Positions 25,153 to 35,105 of a stretch of 64,000 bases of DNA are shown here, piece after piece. Numbering within the stretch: position 1 is the first letter of the stretch; every line of letters begins with the position of its first letter. Made by a program: the position numbers and the translations under genes. Under the pieces are notes generated by a model. The model searched no databases. It was given only the letters and a program-made list of their open reading frames with translations, and had not been told where the DNA came from. Origin of the DNA: Candidatus Marinacidobacterales bacterium (lineage in GTDB: Bacteria > Acidobacteriota > Vicinamibacteria > Marinacidobacterales > SMYC01); NCBI GenBank assembly GCA_965237955.1, contig OZ250169.1:6880001-6944000 (forward strand). The letters are read 5' to 3'.

Positions 25153-25230
25153 ACCCAGGTCTATGGCTGATGGCCGGATTGTCGGCAGAGTTCCTTTCTG
25201 GCACAATGGCATCGGGGGTCACGGCAGCGC

Positions 25231-26022
25231 ATGGCAAATTCTACTCCGAGACGTGTCGACCTCACCCAGAAGGTTCCCGTCCGGATACGCTCCATCTTCA
25301 ACGCGGGTAAGGGCGCGCTCTTGAACGTGTCGTCCGCAGGGGCCTACGTTGCGACGCCGATGTACCTCCTCCCGCAGGCCAGGGTAAAGCTTCAGATCGT
25401 GCTCCGCAAAGAAAGACGTTGGGTGGAGGCCGAGGCCGTTGTGGTGTGGGAGAATCGCGGCACCGTCGGGCGCCGGGACAACTTGCCGCCGGGCTACGGG
25501 CTACGTTTCGTCGTGTTGCCGAAAGATACCGAGGCGGTTCTCGAAGAGCTTCTCTCGGGAGATGGTCACCTCGCGTCGCCGGAGCCCGCGCCGGTACACG
25601 AGCCGCATGGAGAACCTTCTTCCGGCGACACTCTCGCACCAAAAACATCGGTGCCGCCGCCGCTAGCGGCGAGCTTCGACGCGGAGCCGGAGGGGCCTCC
25701 GTATCGTCTTCGGGGAGAGCACGTCGAAAGACACAATCCGGAAGCGCGGGCGGGCATCTTCGTGCTTTCGTACGATCGCACGCAGGAAGCACGCGTCGGA
25801 CGAGCCGACACCGATCTGCGGTCGGCCATAGCCGGGTTCGAAGGTGAGTACGCGTATTTCTACTGCGAGGCGATCGAGAACCTCGAGGAGCGCTACGCGC
25901 GCGAATGCGAGCTGTTCCACCGGCTCGGCGGCGACCGCGGCCAGCTCGACAACACCGATCATCCCGCCACTCCGGGCACCGAGCTCGACTGCCCCGTCTG
26001 CGTCCACGAAAAAGTCCCCTGA
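25231..26022 (+). CDS. PilZ domain fused to GIY-YIG-like C-terminal domain
   Basis: LNVSSAG, AVVVW, GYGLRF (PilZ); GIFVL..RVGRADTDL..RECELFH..LDNTDHP..CPVC. Confidence 0.7.
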   Translation: MANSTPRRVDLTQKVPVRIRSIFNAGKGALLNVSSAGAYVATPMYLLPQARVKLQIVLRKERRWVEAEAVVVWENRGTVGRRDNLPPGYGLRFVVLPKDTEAVLEELLSGDGHLASPEPAPVHEPHGEPSSGDTLAPKTSVPPPLAASFDAEPEGPPYRLRGEHVERHNPEARAGIFVLSYDRTQEARVGRADTDLRSAIAGFEGEYAYFYCEAIENLEERYARECELFHRLGGDRGQLDNTDHPATPGTELDCPVCVHEKVP

Positions 26023-26876
26023 CTAGAGCTCGCGGGCGCGGTCTCTCAGCACGTAATTCTGCACTTTGCCCGTGGACGTTTTGGGAAGCTCGCAGAAGAC
26101 GACCGTCTTCGGCGCTTTGAAGTGGGTGAGCCGGTCGCGGCAGAACTCGATGATCTCGTCAGGTTGAACGTCGCCCGCGCCGGGCTTCAACGCGACGAAC
26201 GCGCACGGCGTTTCGCCCCACTTTTCGTCCGGCCGCGCGACGACGGCGGCGTCTTGCACCGATGGGTGTTTGTAGAGAACGCCTTCGACTTCGATGGAAG
26301 AGATATTCTCTCCACCGGAGATGATGATGTCTTTCGAGCGGTCACGGAGCTCGATGTAGCCGTCTGGGTGCACGACGCCTAGATCCCCCGAGTGGAACCA
26401 CCCACCCGCGAACGCTTCTTCCGTCGCTTTCCGGTTTTTCAGATACCCTTTCATCACGACGTTCCCGCGGAACATTACTTCACCCATGGTCTCGCTCTTA
26501 GCGCCTTTCCCACCAGCGGGCTGAACTCACGATCGGTGATCAGGACTTTGGTCTAGGCGTGCTCGAGGATGAACGCGACCGTGTCCGCGTCGAGGCGCGT
26601 GTTGAGTGTGTTCAGGACCGCGCCCGCCATCGGCACGCCGTAGTGCGACTCGAGAATCGCTGGAATGTTGGGGGCGAGGATGCTCACGGTATCGCCTCGC
26701 CCGATGCCCCGTCCGCGAAGGGCGCGCGCAAGACGGCGGCACCGCCGGTAGAGCTCAGCGTAGTCGTAGCGCACGTCGCCATGGACGACGGCGAGGTGAT
26801 CGGGATAGACCGTAGCAGCGCGTTCCAAAAAGTGGATCGGCGTCAGCGTCTGAAAATTCGCTTGTGTTTTTTCCAC
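26023..26876 (-). pseudogene. Acyl-CoA synthetase with large internal deletion
   Basis: N-fragment 26553..26876 (LTPIHFLERAA..GAVLNTLNTRLD) and C-fragment 26023..26487 ([29 protein letters not shown]); P-loop region absent. Confidence 0.88.
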
Positions 26877-27148
26877 TACCCCACCCTAACGCTTTCAATC
26901 CTCGTTGGTTCGCGCATCATACCGCTGCTCGTGTAGGAATCGCACCACGTTCTAGATCACATTCTGACGCTTGGTTTCGTGGCAGACTCCGGGTGTTCCA
27001 CGACAATTGAATCCTCGCGCCAGCGTCTGGTTGGACCAGGCGCCTTCTCCCCAACCGAGTGGTGCCAACTGTGGGCGTTTGTGACGAAGCTTTCGCGGGC
27101 TTCTTCTGGCTCGAGGACGAAAATGAAGCCCGCTAGAAAGACGAAACG

Positions 27149-27847
27149 ATGAATCCACAAATCGTTGCCGCTCTGCGCCGCTTGCAAAAAGAGCGCCGCA
27201 CCGGAGTGTTCAGAACGACGGCTGCACAGGTACGCCGTGAAGTGCGCCTCGAGGCCGGCGCCATCGTCGGCGCGCAATCGTCGTCTCTCGATGACCGACT
27301 CGGCGAAGTCATGGTACGGCGTGGCCGTATCACCCAACAACAACTCGACGACGCGTCCAAGCTCGTGCGCTCGGGCCGCCGTCTGGGCGATGCCCTCGTC
27401 GAGCTCGAGATCGTCGCCCGCGAGGAAGTCGAATTGTTCTTCCGTGCCCAGCTAACCGAGATCACCAGCAAGATCCTGAACGAACCACCGAGAAAGCTCG
27501 AGTTTCGGGACGAGGCCGCACCGGGCAAGTTAACCAATACTCCCGTTCCGATCACGGATGCGATCATCGAAGCCGCTCGCACACCATCGTCGAGCGGCGA
27601 CGACGTGAAACGGCTTCTCGACCAGACCATGGTGCCGGTGCTCACGCCGGAGGCGTACGCGGTGCTCGAATCGTTGAGCCTCCAGTCCCAAGAGGCGTTC
27701 GTGCTGTCGCGTTGCGACGGGCAGAGCGACGTCCGAGGGATCTTCGCCCAAAGCCCGCTGTCCGAAGAAGACACGGCGCGGATCCTGCTCGGCCTCGAGC
27801 ATGCCGGCATCATCGAGATGAAAAACCTCAGCACTGCGGGGCACTAG
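27149..27847 (+). CDS. DUF4388-like protein
   Basis: RRTG..GAIVGAQSS..DRLGEVMVRRG..RRLGDALVELE; QEAFVLSRCDG. Confidence 0.7.
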   Translation: MNPQIVAALRRLQKERRTGVFRTTAAQVRREVRLEAGAIVGAQSSSLDDRLGEVMVRRGRITQQQLDDASKLVRSGRRLGDALVELEIVAREEVELFFRAQLTEITSKILNEPPRKLEFRDEAAPGKLTNTPVPITDAIIEAARTPSSSGDDVKRLLDQTMVPVLTPEAYAVLESLSLQSQEAFVLSRCDGQSDVRGIFAQSPLSEEDTARILLGLEHAGIIEMKNLSTAGH

Positions 27848-27862
27848 CGCTACAATGAGCGC

Positions 27863-29080
27863 ATGCGCACCCTGACCGCATTTGTTGTCATCACCGCGGC
27901 ATCCGTGTCGACGTCGCTCGCTGCCGAGGATTGGCCGCAGTGGCGCGGCTCGAATCGAGACGGTATCTCGCGCGAGACCGGTCTTCTGCAGCAGTGGCCC
28001 CCCGGCGGACCTCGCGCCGTGTGGAAGGCGACCGGGCTCGGCTCGGGCTACTCGACGGTCACGATTGCCGACGGTCGCATCTTCACTCTCGGTGCGGAGC
28101 GGGACGCGGAATACGTCATCGCTCGCGACGTCGCATCAGGAAAAGAGCTGTGGCGGGCACGGAGCGGCCGTCGCTATCGCAACGGTCGGGGCGACGGCCC
28201 GCGAGGTGCTCCGACCGTTGACGGAAATCGGGTCTACGCCCTCGGCGGCAATGGCGATCTCACCGTGCTCGACGTCGTTAGCGGCAAGCATGTTTGGTCG
28301 ATCAACGTGCTCGAAGCGTTCGACGGCCGCAATACTAGCTGGGGCATCAGCGAGTCACCTCTGGTGTTGAAAGATCGCGTGATCGTCAACGCCGGTGGTC
28401 GGCGCGCTTCCATTGTCGCGCTCGACAAGAACGACGGCTCGGCTCTGTGGAAAAGCGAAGGGGACGAAGCTTCTTACTCCTCCGCCGTCGTGGCGACGAT
28501 GCGCGGCGTTCGGCAAGCCGTTTACTTCACTGGTGAGCGGGCGCTCGGCATAAGCGTCGACGACGGCTCCCTGCTGTGGCACTACCGCCGGGTGTCGAAT
28601 CGAACCGCCAACGTGGCGACGCCTATCGTTCGGGGCAACTACGTGTTTCTGTCGTCGGACTATGGCGCGGGCTGCGCGCTTCTCGAGATTCAGGGTGGTC
28701 GCTCCGGAATGTCCGCCCGGGAGATCTACTTCAACCGCGACATGAAGAACCATCACGCGAGCTCCGTGCTCGTCGGCGATACGCTGTACGGGTTCAGCGG
28801 CAGCATTCTGACCGCGCTCGACTTCCGCTCCGGTGAGGTGCTGTGGAAAGACCGAAGCGTGGGTAAAGGATCGCTCATCTACGCGGATACCCACCTCTAC
28901 GTGTTCAGTGAGAACAGTGTTGTCGGCCTCGTCGAAGCCACCCGCGCCGGCTATCGCGAGAAAGGAAGGTTCGAATTGCCGCACTCGGACGAGCACAGCT
29001 GGTCGCACCCCGTCATCGCGGACGGCAAACTCTACCTTCGCGATCAAGACACTCTGTATAGCTTCGATATCCGTCGCTAG
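27863..29080 (+). CDS. PQQ-like beta-propeller protein (secreted)
   Basis: Signal peptide, DWPQWRG.NRDG, repeated G..LW, WSHPVIADGKLYLRD. Confidence 0.9.
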   Translation: MRTLTAFVVITAASVSTSLAAEDWPQWRGSNRDGISRETGLLQQWPPGGPRAVWKATGLGSGYSTVTIADGRIFTLGAERDAEYVIARDVASGKELWRARSGRRYRNGRGDGPRGAPTVDGNRVYALGGNGDLTVLDVVSGKHVWSINVLEAFDGRNTSWGISESPLVLKDRVIVNAGGRRASIVALDKNDGSALWKSEGDEASYSSAVVATMRGVRQAVYFTGERALGISVDDGSLLWHYRRVSNRTANVATPIVRGNYVFLSSDYGAGCALLEIQGGRSGMSAREIYFNRDMKNHHASSVLVGDTLYGFSGSILTALDFRSGEVLWKDRSVGKGSLIYADTHLYVFSENSVVGLVEATRAGYREKGRFELPHSDEHSWSHPVIADGKLYLRDQDTLYSFDIRR

Positions 29081-29186
29081 TGAGCGGACCCGCTGATCCT
29101 GTCGCTCAGATCCGTCTGCCGACCAGCCCCGTGCCCGACTCCCCTTGCTGATCTTTGCTCTAGATCGTGTTATTTTGTCTACGCCT

Positions 29187-29636
29187 ATGCCGAAACGGTT
29201 GAGCCTCGTTCTACCCGACGCCGACGTCACGGCCATTGCCGTGCTCCTCGAATCGGACGCCCCGAAGACGTGCCAGAGCATCTGGGAGGCTCTGCCGTTC
29301 GAGGGTGTGCTAAACCACGGCATTTGGTCAGGCCCGGAAACGTACTTGATGATCGACCCCTCGATTCGTATCGCGCCCGAGAACCAGACCGTGCAGACGC
29401 AAGCGGGCGAGATCGGTTACTACACCGTCGAAGGCGGCCGGATCGTGGATTGGCCCGACGACATGTCGGAGCTCGCTTTTTTCTACGGCCGCGGCGCCCG
29501 CCCCCGAATGCCGACGGGACCGGTCGCCGTCAATCTCTTCGCTCGCGTCATCGAAAACCTGGAAGGGTTCACGCGTGCATGTGACGAGATTCGCCGCTCG
29601 GGCGTCACGACATTGCGGGTGGAGCGGAGTACGTAA
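29187..29636 (+). CDS. DUF3830 family (cyclophilin-like fold) protein
   Basis: APKTC..WEALP..H..WSG..PEN..GEI..FYG. Confidence 0.7.
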   Translation: MPKRLSLVLPDADVTAIAVLLESDAPKTCQSIWEALPFEGVLNHGIWSGPETYLMIDPSIRIAPENQTVQTQAGEIGYYTVEGGRIVDWPDDMSELAFFYGRGARPRMPTGPVAVNLFARVIENLEGFTRACDEIRRSGVTTLRVERST

Positions 29637-29638
29637 CC

Positions 29639-30589
29639 GTGCGTCTCGTCACCGAGCAGAAGCTCCGCGAGCTTGTTCATGAAGACGAGTCGCTCCGGGC
29701 CGTGGAGGACGCGTTCCGAGCCCTCGCCGAAGACCGGGTGGAACAGCCACCTCCGATGGCGTTCGACTTCCCGGAAGCGTCGGGCGAGGTGCATGTGAAA
29801 GGCGCCGCGATTCGAGGCTCGCCGATCTTCGCCGTGAAGATTGCGTCGGGCTTCTATCGTAACCCCGAGCAAAACCTGCCGGCGAGCTCGGGGCTCGTCC
29901 TCGTGCTCGACCAGACGACCGGCTTCCCTCTCGCGCTTCTTCAAGACAACGCGTACCTCACCGAGATGCGTACCGCGGCAGCGGGGGCACTCGCCGCGCG
30001 GTTATTGGCGCACGAGACCATCGAAAAGATGGCGGTCCTCGGAGCTGGCGCGCAGGCACGTTATCAACTACGCGCGATCCGGCGCGTCCGTGACGTCGAA
30101 AACGTCGTCGCCTGGAGCCCGACGCCCGCACGCAGAGAGCTCTATTGCCGCGAGATGGAAAGCGAGCTCGGCCTCCGGTGCACGCCCGCGGACACCGCTC
30201 GGGACGCCGTCGACGATGCCGGCCTCGTGCTGTCGGTAACAACGGCGCGCTCTCCGATCGTCCATGCGGATGCGGTCTCGAAAAGCTCCACCATCATCGC
30301 AGTCGGCTCCGACGGACCCGACAAGCAGGAGCTCGATGCGAAGATTCTCAACCAGGCCGGCAAAGTCGTCGTCGACCGCTTGTCGCAATGCGTGCGGCTC
30401 GGCGAAGTGCACCACGCGATCGAGGCGGGACTGATGGGCGAAGAGGACGTCTACGCCGAACTCGGCGACGTCCTTACCGGAAAGAAGCCGGGTCGAGAAG
30501 GCGACGAGCTCATCGTCTGCGATCTCACCGGTGTCGGTGTGCAGGACGCCGCTATTGCCGAGCTCGCATGGAACGCGCTAGAGCGCTAG
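29639..30589 (+). CDS. Ornithine cyclodeaminase/mu-crystallin family protein
   Basis: LTEMRTAAAG, GAGAQA, AVGSD, DLTGVGVQD. Confidence 0.92.
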   Translation: MRLVTEQKLRELVHEDESLRAVEDAFRALAEDRVEQPPPMAFDFPEASGEVHVKGAAIRGSPIFAVKIASGFYRNPEQNLPASSGLVLVLDQTTGFPLALLQDNAYLTEMRTAAAGALAARLLAHETIEKMAVLGAGAQARYQLRAIRRVRDVENVVAWSPTPARRELYCREMESELGLRCTPADTARDAVDDAGLVLSVTTARSPIVHADAVSKSSTIIAVGSDGPDKQELDAKILNQAGKVVVDRLSQCVRLGEVHHAIEAGLMGEEDVYAELGDVLTGKKPGREGDELIVCDLTGVGVQDAAIAELAWNALER

Positions 30590-31977
30590 CGATCGTTCCG
30601 GCCCAGCAGCCCTTTGCGCCTAAAATAGAGCACCTGGATCAACACGATGAGCGCCATCACGCCGATGACCCCGGCATAGCCGAGCGGCGTGTAGAGCTCG
30701 GGCATGTTGTAGGGGTGCACCATCTCTCCTGCAGGCGCATACGCCTGGAAGTTCATTCCGTAGAAGCCGGTGATGAGCGCGAGCGGCAGTACGATGACAG
30801 AGACGATAGTGAGTACGTTCATGAACTGGCTGATGCGATAGGTTTCCTTCTCGCCCAGCGTCTGCGCCAGCTCCTTCACCGACTGAATCTCTTTTTCCAG
30901 CCCGTCGACGATGAGGTTCGCATCGTTGACTCGATTGCGGATCTTCGCGACTTCGTCCCCGAGCCTCAGAGCGTTCATCAGGTCCTCTTCTTCGGGCAAG
31001 CTCTCGTTGCGCATCGCCGGGAGGATCTCGTCGCCTTTAGCCGCGGCTCTTTTGACGTACGCAAGGATGGTGTCGAACATCGAGATATCACCGGAGAGCT
31101 CGCTGATGGTGTCTTGAATCTCCATGATGCTCCCGATGCCCTCGGACCGGATCACCTCCTTCACCTTCGACAACCGATCCCACGTCATCCACATTCGGGA
31201 GAAAGTATTCGTGAGAAACGACTGGATGCCCTCGGCGAAACAGTAGAGCTCGAGAACGCGCCGGTACCGCTCGGCGTCTTTCGAGATGAACACCGCTCCG
31301 TTGGTACCGGCGATGAGCTTGCTGCCGTCTTTCAACGTGAGTGCATCGTTTCCGAACGGCCTCCCTACAATCTGGCTGAGCTCGGCGCGATACGCCGGAT
31401 CGTCGAGATAGACCTCGACGTCGTGCTCGGGGATGAGCTCATCTGCCAGAATCAGGACGTATTTGTCCCGCTGACTCGCTTGGTCGCAGTAAACGAGATC
31501 CAAAAGCCGCCGCTGGAAGTTGTTCAAGAGCGTGTTCATCAGCGAAGACGTATCCTCGACCAGGTCCGCAAGAACCAAGGCGAGATCGTCCAGGCTGTGC
31601 CGCTCGGTGTTTCCGTTGGTTTCGAGAAGCTCCAGATCGCACGTCACCACGCCACCTTCGCCCACTCGCGTCGTGAACCGTTCGACTTGGTGATTTCCGC
31701 CCGTCGCCTTGTAATGCACTTCGGCTTGGAACGCGACCCATTCACCGTCTTTCCCATCGACCGGCGTGACTTTCGTCTCGGGCTCGTCGAACTCGACGGT
31801 CGCCGTTTCCGGATCGTCGTCGATGAACGCGGTGAGCAAGCACTCGCCCCACTTGTCGTGGGCCTCTAGCTTCTCTTCGAGGAGAATGAGATTGTTGGTG
31901 CCGAACGGGATCCACTCGGCGAGCGTGACCTTCGGGTTCGATCCGAGGAACAAGAGATTTTTGTGCTCGTGGCTCAC
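30586..31977 (-). CDS. CorA-family (GMN) channel-like protein with atypical long N-terminal domain
   Basis: MNVLTIVSVIVLPLALITGFYGMNF, MPEL loop, second TM ending YFRRKGLL; 463 aa. Confidence 0.75.
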   Translation of the reverse strand: MSHEHKNLLFLGSNPKVTLAEWIPFGTNNLILLEEKLEAHDKWGECLLTAFIDDDPETATVEFDEPETKVTPVDGKDGEWVAFQAEVHYKATGGNHQVERFTTRVGEGGVVTCDLELLETNGNTERHSLDDLALVLADLVEDTSSLMNTLLNNFQRRLLDLVYCDQASQRDKYVLILADELIPEHDVEVYLDDPAYRAELSQIVGRPFGNDALTLKDGSKLIAGTNGAVFISKDAERYRRVLELYCFAEGIQSFLTNTFSRMWMTWDRLSKVKEVIRSEGIGSIMEIQDTISELSGDISMFDTILAYVKRAAAKGDEILPAMRNESLPEEEDLMNALRLGDEVAKIRNRVNDANLIVDGLEKEIQSVKELAQTLGEKETYRISQFMNVLTIVSVIVLPLALITGFYGMNFQAYAPAGEMVHPYNMPELYTPLGYAGVIGVMALIVLIQVLYFRRKGLLGRNDR

Positions 31978-32600
31978 CCAACTCCTCCCGGTGACGTTGG
32001 CCTCGTGCGATAAACGATCTCGGCGATGTCGAAGAAAGCGATATTGACGCGCGCCGTCCCCTTGGTCGCGGCAATGACGCGTCCGTCGGCGCCGCGCTCC
32101 ACGCTACAGCACTCGGGGCAGTAGCTGACGGCGGAGTTCCGCACTTGGCCCCAGTGGCCGCTAGCGCGCTCGACATAAGCGAGAATTTCCTGGAGCGAGT
32201 CGCAGCGCGAGCACTCCAAGAGGGCGTTCAACGCAACCAGGCACTCGACCGGCAGAGACTCGAGAGCCCCGTCGGCTTTCGGCGTCGCGCGGTAGGCCCG
32301 GATCGAGTCGTAGAGGCACGTCGACAGGTGCAATTTCTCGACGAAGCGGTCCGCCTGAAGCTTCTTCAGATCAGCGTGCGCTTCTTGGCTCACCTTCCCG
32401 TACATCTTCACACCGTGAAACTCGACGAGGCTCGGCGCCCAGTCGTAGTCGCTGAAGATCCCGGTGTGGATCCCGTGGTAAACGACAATCGACAGCGGCA
32501 AATCCTTCATCCAGCGGCATTTTCCGTTGGCACCGTTCGCGTGGGTGAAGCGGTTGACGATGTACAGAAGCCGGAGCTGGTCGAGAGACGGTGAGTCCAT
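31974..32600 (-). CDS. Hypothetical protein (possible winged helix + CxxC/CxxC Zn ribbon), coupled to CorA-like gene
   Basis: CSRC and CPEC pairs; GTGA stop/start overlap with downstream gene. Confidence 0.7.
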   Translation of the reverse strand: MDSPSLDQLRLLYIVNRFTHANGANGKCRWMKDLPLSIVVYHGIHTGIFSDYDWAPSLVEFHGVKMYGKVSQEAHADLKKLQADRFVEKLHLSTCLYDSIRAYRATPKADGALESLPVECLVALNALLECSRCDSLQEILAYVERASGHWGQVRNSAVSYCPECCSVERGADGRVIAATKGTARVNIAFFDIAEIVYRTRPTSPGGVG

Positions 32601-32689
32601 GGGTGCCTTTCGACGGGAACGATTTTCGATTGTTTGGGACTAGTGGAAATAGCATAGCAAAGGACGGAGCCGCGCGCGACGCAGTCGTT

Positions 32690-32815
32690 CGCATTCCCAA
32701 CAGGTACGATCGCGAGGCCCTCTGCTGTGGCCGGATTGGTAACCTCGATACTCTCGTCACTCTCGTTCGAGGAGGAGGCACAAAACGCCCCGTCGACGTA
32801 GTTCCGTACGATCAT
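32690..32815 (-). pseudogene. Aldehyde dehydrogenase N-terminal remnant
   Basis: RNYVDGAF...IEVTNPATAE..AIVP, then homology lost. Confidence 0.6.
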
Positions 32816-33035
32816 GTCGCACCTCTAGATTTGTCGTGTGCCTCCAGTATCCCACTGACAGCGGACGGCAGCCAGTGAGGGCTTATCCCCGCACTCCGGC
32901 GAGATTCCTCCCTAGGTGAGAGCTCGAAGGCCCCGTCAATACTGAGGTTTCTCGAGGCGGGGACTCCGGCACGCATCTTGCCTAAATTTTCCCCTGGAGT
33001 GCCCTCTCCTATCTTCACTTACTGAGGACCGGACA

Positions 33036-35105
33036 GTGAGTTCGACAACGAAAAGCGAGAAAAAGACCGAGGCCGTGGCCGCGCAGGGATTCGAAGACAT
33101 CCCGGGCGAACGGTACGAGGTTGTCTCTCAACTCGGAACCGGCGCCTTCGGCTCTGTCTACAAAGCGCAGGATACATTTCTCAACCGCGCGGTCGCGGTC
33201 AAGAGTATTCGGCTCGACACATCACTGGATCCCGAGCAACGTAAAGCACTGAACAAACGCTTTATCCGCGAAGCCCAGGTGGCGGCGCAGCTCCAACACA
33301 CGAACATCGTCACCATCCACGACATTATGTTCACGCCCGACACCGGCTTCATCGTGATGGAGTTCATCGAGGGCTCCACCTTGCAGTCGCTCATGGAGAA
33401 GAACCAGCTACCGCTCGCCCGCGCCGTCGACATCACCACCCAGATCGCACGCGCGCTCGAGTACGCGCACGCGCACAAAGTCATCCATCGCGACATCAAG
33501 CCGGCGAACATCATGATCACGCCGTCGTTCGAAGCGAGGATCACCGACTTCGGTATCGCGAAATCGGACGGCGCCACCCACCTGACGATGTCCGGAAGCC
33601 TCGTCGGTACCCCCGACTACATGTCACCCGAGCAGGCCAAAGGCGAAGAAGTCGATTTCCGCTCCGACCTGTTCTCGCTCGGCTGCGTTTTCTATGAGTG
33701 CCTCGCCGGTGAGAAGCCGTTCAAAGGCGGGAGCCTCACCGCTGTCCTTCTCAGCATCGTCAACACCGACCCGCTCGAGTCACAGGCGTGGAGGAAAATC
33801 GACGTTCCTCCCGAGGTACCGGCTGTCTTTCAGAAGGCGCTCGCGAAAACTCCGGAGGGACGGTTTGCGACCGCGACCGAGTTCGTCTCCGCACTCGCGA
33901 CCGTTCCCACGGAAGGTGCGATCGCCGACGCACCCACCCCAGTCGAAGCCAAAAAGAACTCCGTCGATGCCACCACCGTCGAGATGCGCCCCGGCGAGGA
34001 AATCCCGCCTCCGGCCCCCGACATCGATCGAGTCGCGATCGAGGCGCTCATGGAAGAAGAGCGTCCGCTTCGTTTTTCCTCCAAGCTTTCGGACGAGCTC
34101 CAGAACATCAATCTCACGCCCGCTCAGGGCTACATCCTGTCGCGCATCGACGGATCGTCGTGCGCCCGCGACATCGTTTCACTGAGCCCCGTACCCGAAG
34201 CCGAGGCCGCCGAGACTCTCCTCGACTTGATCTCCAAGGGCCTGGTGACATGGGACAACGAGTCCGGCAAGGCGGCACCCGACAAGAAGATTCTGTCGGC
34301 TTGCGAGGATGACGGTGAAAGCGCACTCGAGTCTGCGCTCCTGACCGCAATCGATCGCATCCTACGGCTCGCACGCGAACGCCGCTACTCCGATCTTCTC
34401 GGCATCGATATCAGCACGCCAACGGCGGACGTCAAGAACTCTTACCTCGAGCTCATCCAGCGTTTTCATCCGGATGCGCAGTCCGGCGACATCACACCCG
34501 CCGATCGACAAAAGCTGACCAGGGTGTGTGCGGCGGCGACGGAAGCTCTTGCGGCAGTTTCTCCCAAGAAAGTCTCCGCCCCGCCGCTGCCTCAAGAAGA
34601 GCCGGAAGCCGCGAGTGCGACCGCGAAGCTGCGCCAGAAGGAGTACGCGGCAGAACTTTTCGAGCGCGCACGCGAGGCGTACGAGATCACCGACTTCTGG
34701 GAAGCGATCCAGTTGTCACGGCAGTCGATCGAGCTCGACGCTACCAACGCCGCTTACCACCATCTCCTCGGACTCGGCCTGATGAGAAACCAGAACTGGA
34801 TGAAAGAGGCCGAAGAAAGCTTGCGCAAAGCGACGGAGCTCGACGACACTCAAGCCGAATACTTCGTAGAGCTCGCGTCCTCCTATCTTCGGCAAGGGAT
34901 GGAGGAACGCGCGGCGGCGATGAATGAAAAAGCGGCCGCCCTCGTACCGCCGGCGCCGGCGCCAGAGCCCGAAGCTGAACCTGTCGAGGAAGTCGAGCCC
35001 GAAGCAGAGCCCGAAAGCCGACCCGAGACGAAAGCTGAAGACGACCCAGAGGAGCTCGAAGTCGAGCTCGAAGCGGAAGCGGAAGGGGAAGCGCCCGCGT
35101 CCTAG
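33036..35105 (+). CDS. Hanks-type Ser/Thr kinase fused to wHTH-like, J (HPD) and TPR domains
   Basis: [31 protein letters not shown]; [22 protein letters not shown]; TPR helices; acidic tail. Confidence 0.88.
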   Translation: MSSTTKSEKKTEAVAAQGFEDIPGERYEVVSQLGTGAFGSVYKAQDTFLNRAVAVKSIRLDTSLDPEQRKALNKRFIREAQVAAQLQHTNIVTIHDIMFTPDTGFIVMEFIEGSTLQSLMEKNQLPLARAVDITTQIARALEYAHAHKVIHRDIKPANIMITPSFEARITDFGIAKSDGATHLTMSGSLVGTPDYMSPEQAKGEEVDFRSDLFSLGCVFYECLAGEKPFKGGSLTAVLLSIVNTDPLESQAWRKIDVPPEVPAVFQKALAKTPEGRFATATEFVSALATVPTEGAIADAPTPVEAKKNSVDATTVEMRPGEEIPPPAPDIDRVAIEALMEEERPLRFSSKLSDELQNINLTPAQGYILSRIDGSSCARDIVSLSPVPEAEAAETLLDLISKGLVTWDNESGKAAPDKKILSACEDDGESALESALLTAIDRILRLARERRYSDLLGIDISTPTADVKNSYLELIQRFHPDAQSGDITPADRQKLTRVCAAATEALAAVSPKKVSAPPLPQEEPEAASATAKLRQKEYAAELFERAREAYEITDFWEAIQLSRQSIELDATNAAYHHLLGLGLMRNQNWMKEAEESLRKATELDDTQAEYFVELASSYLRQGMEERAAAMNEKAAALVPPAPAPEPEAEPVEEVEPEAEPESRPETKAEDDPEELEVELEAEAEGEAPAS

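Noticed and set aside
30145-31869. 574-aa plus-strand ORF
   Set aside because: Antisense shadow of the CorA-like gene and off-frame overlap with the cyclodeaminase; no motifs.
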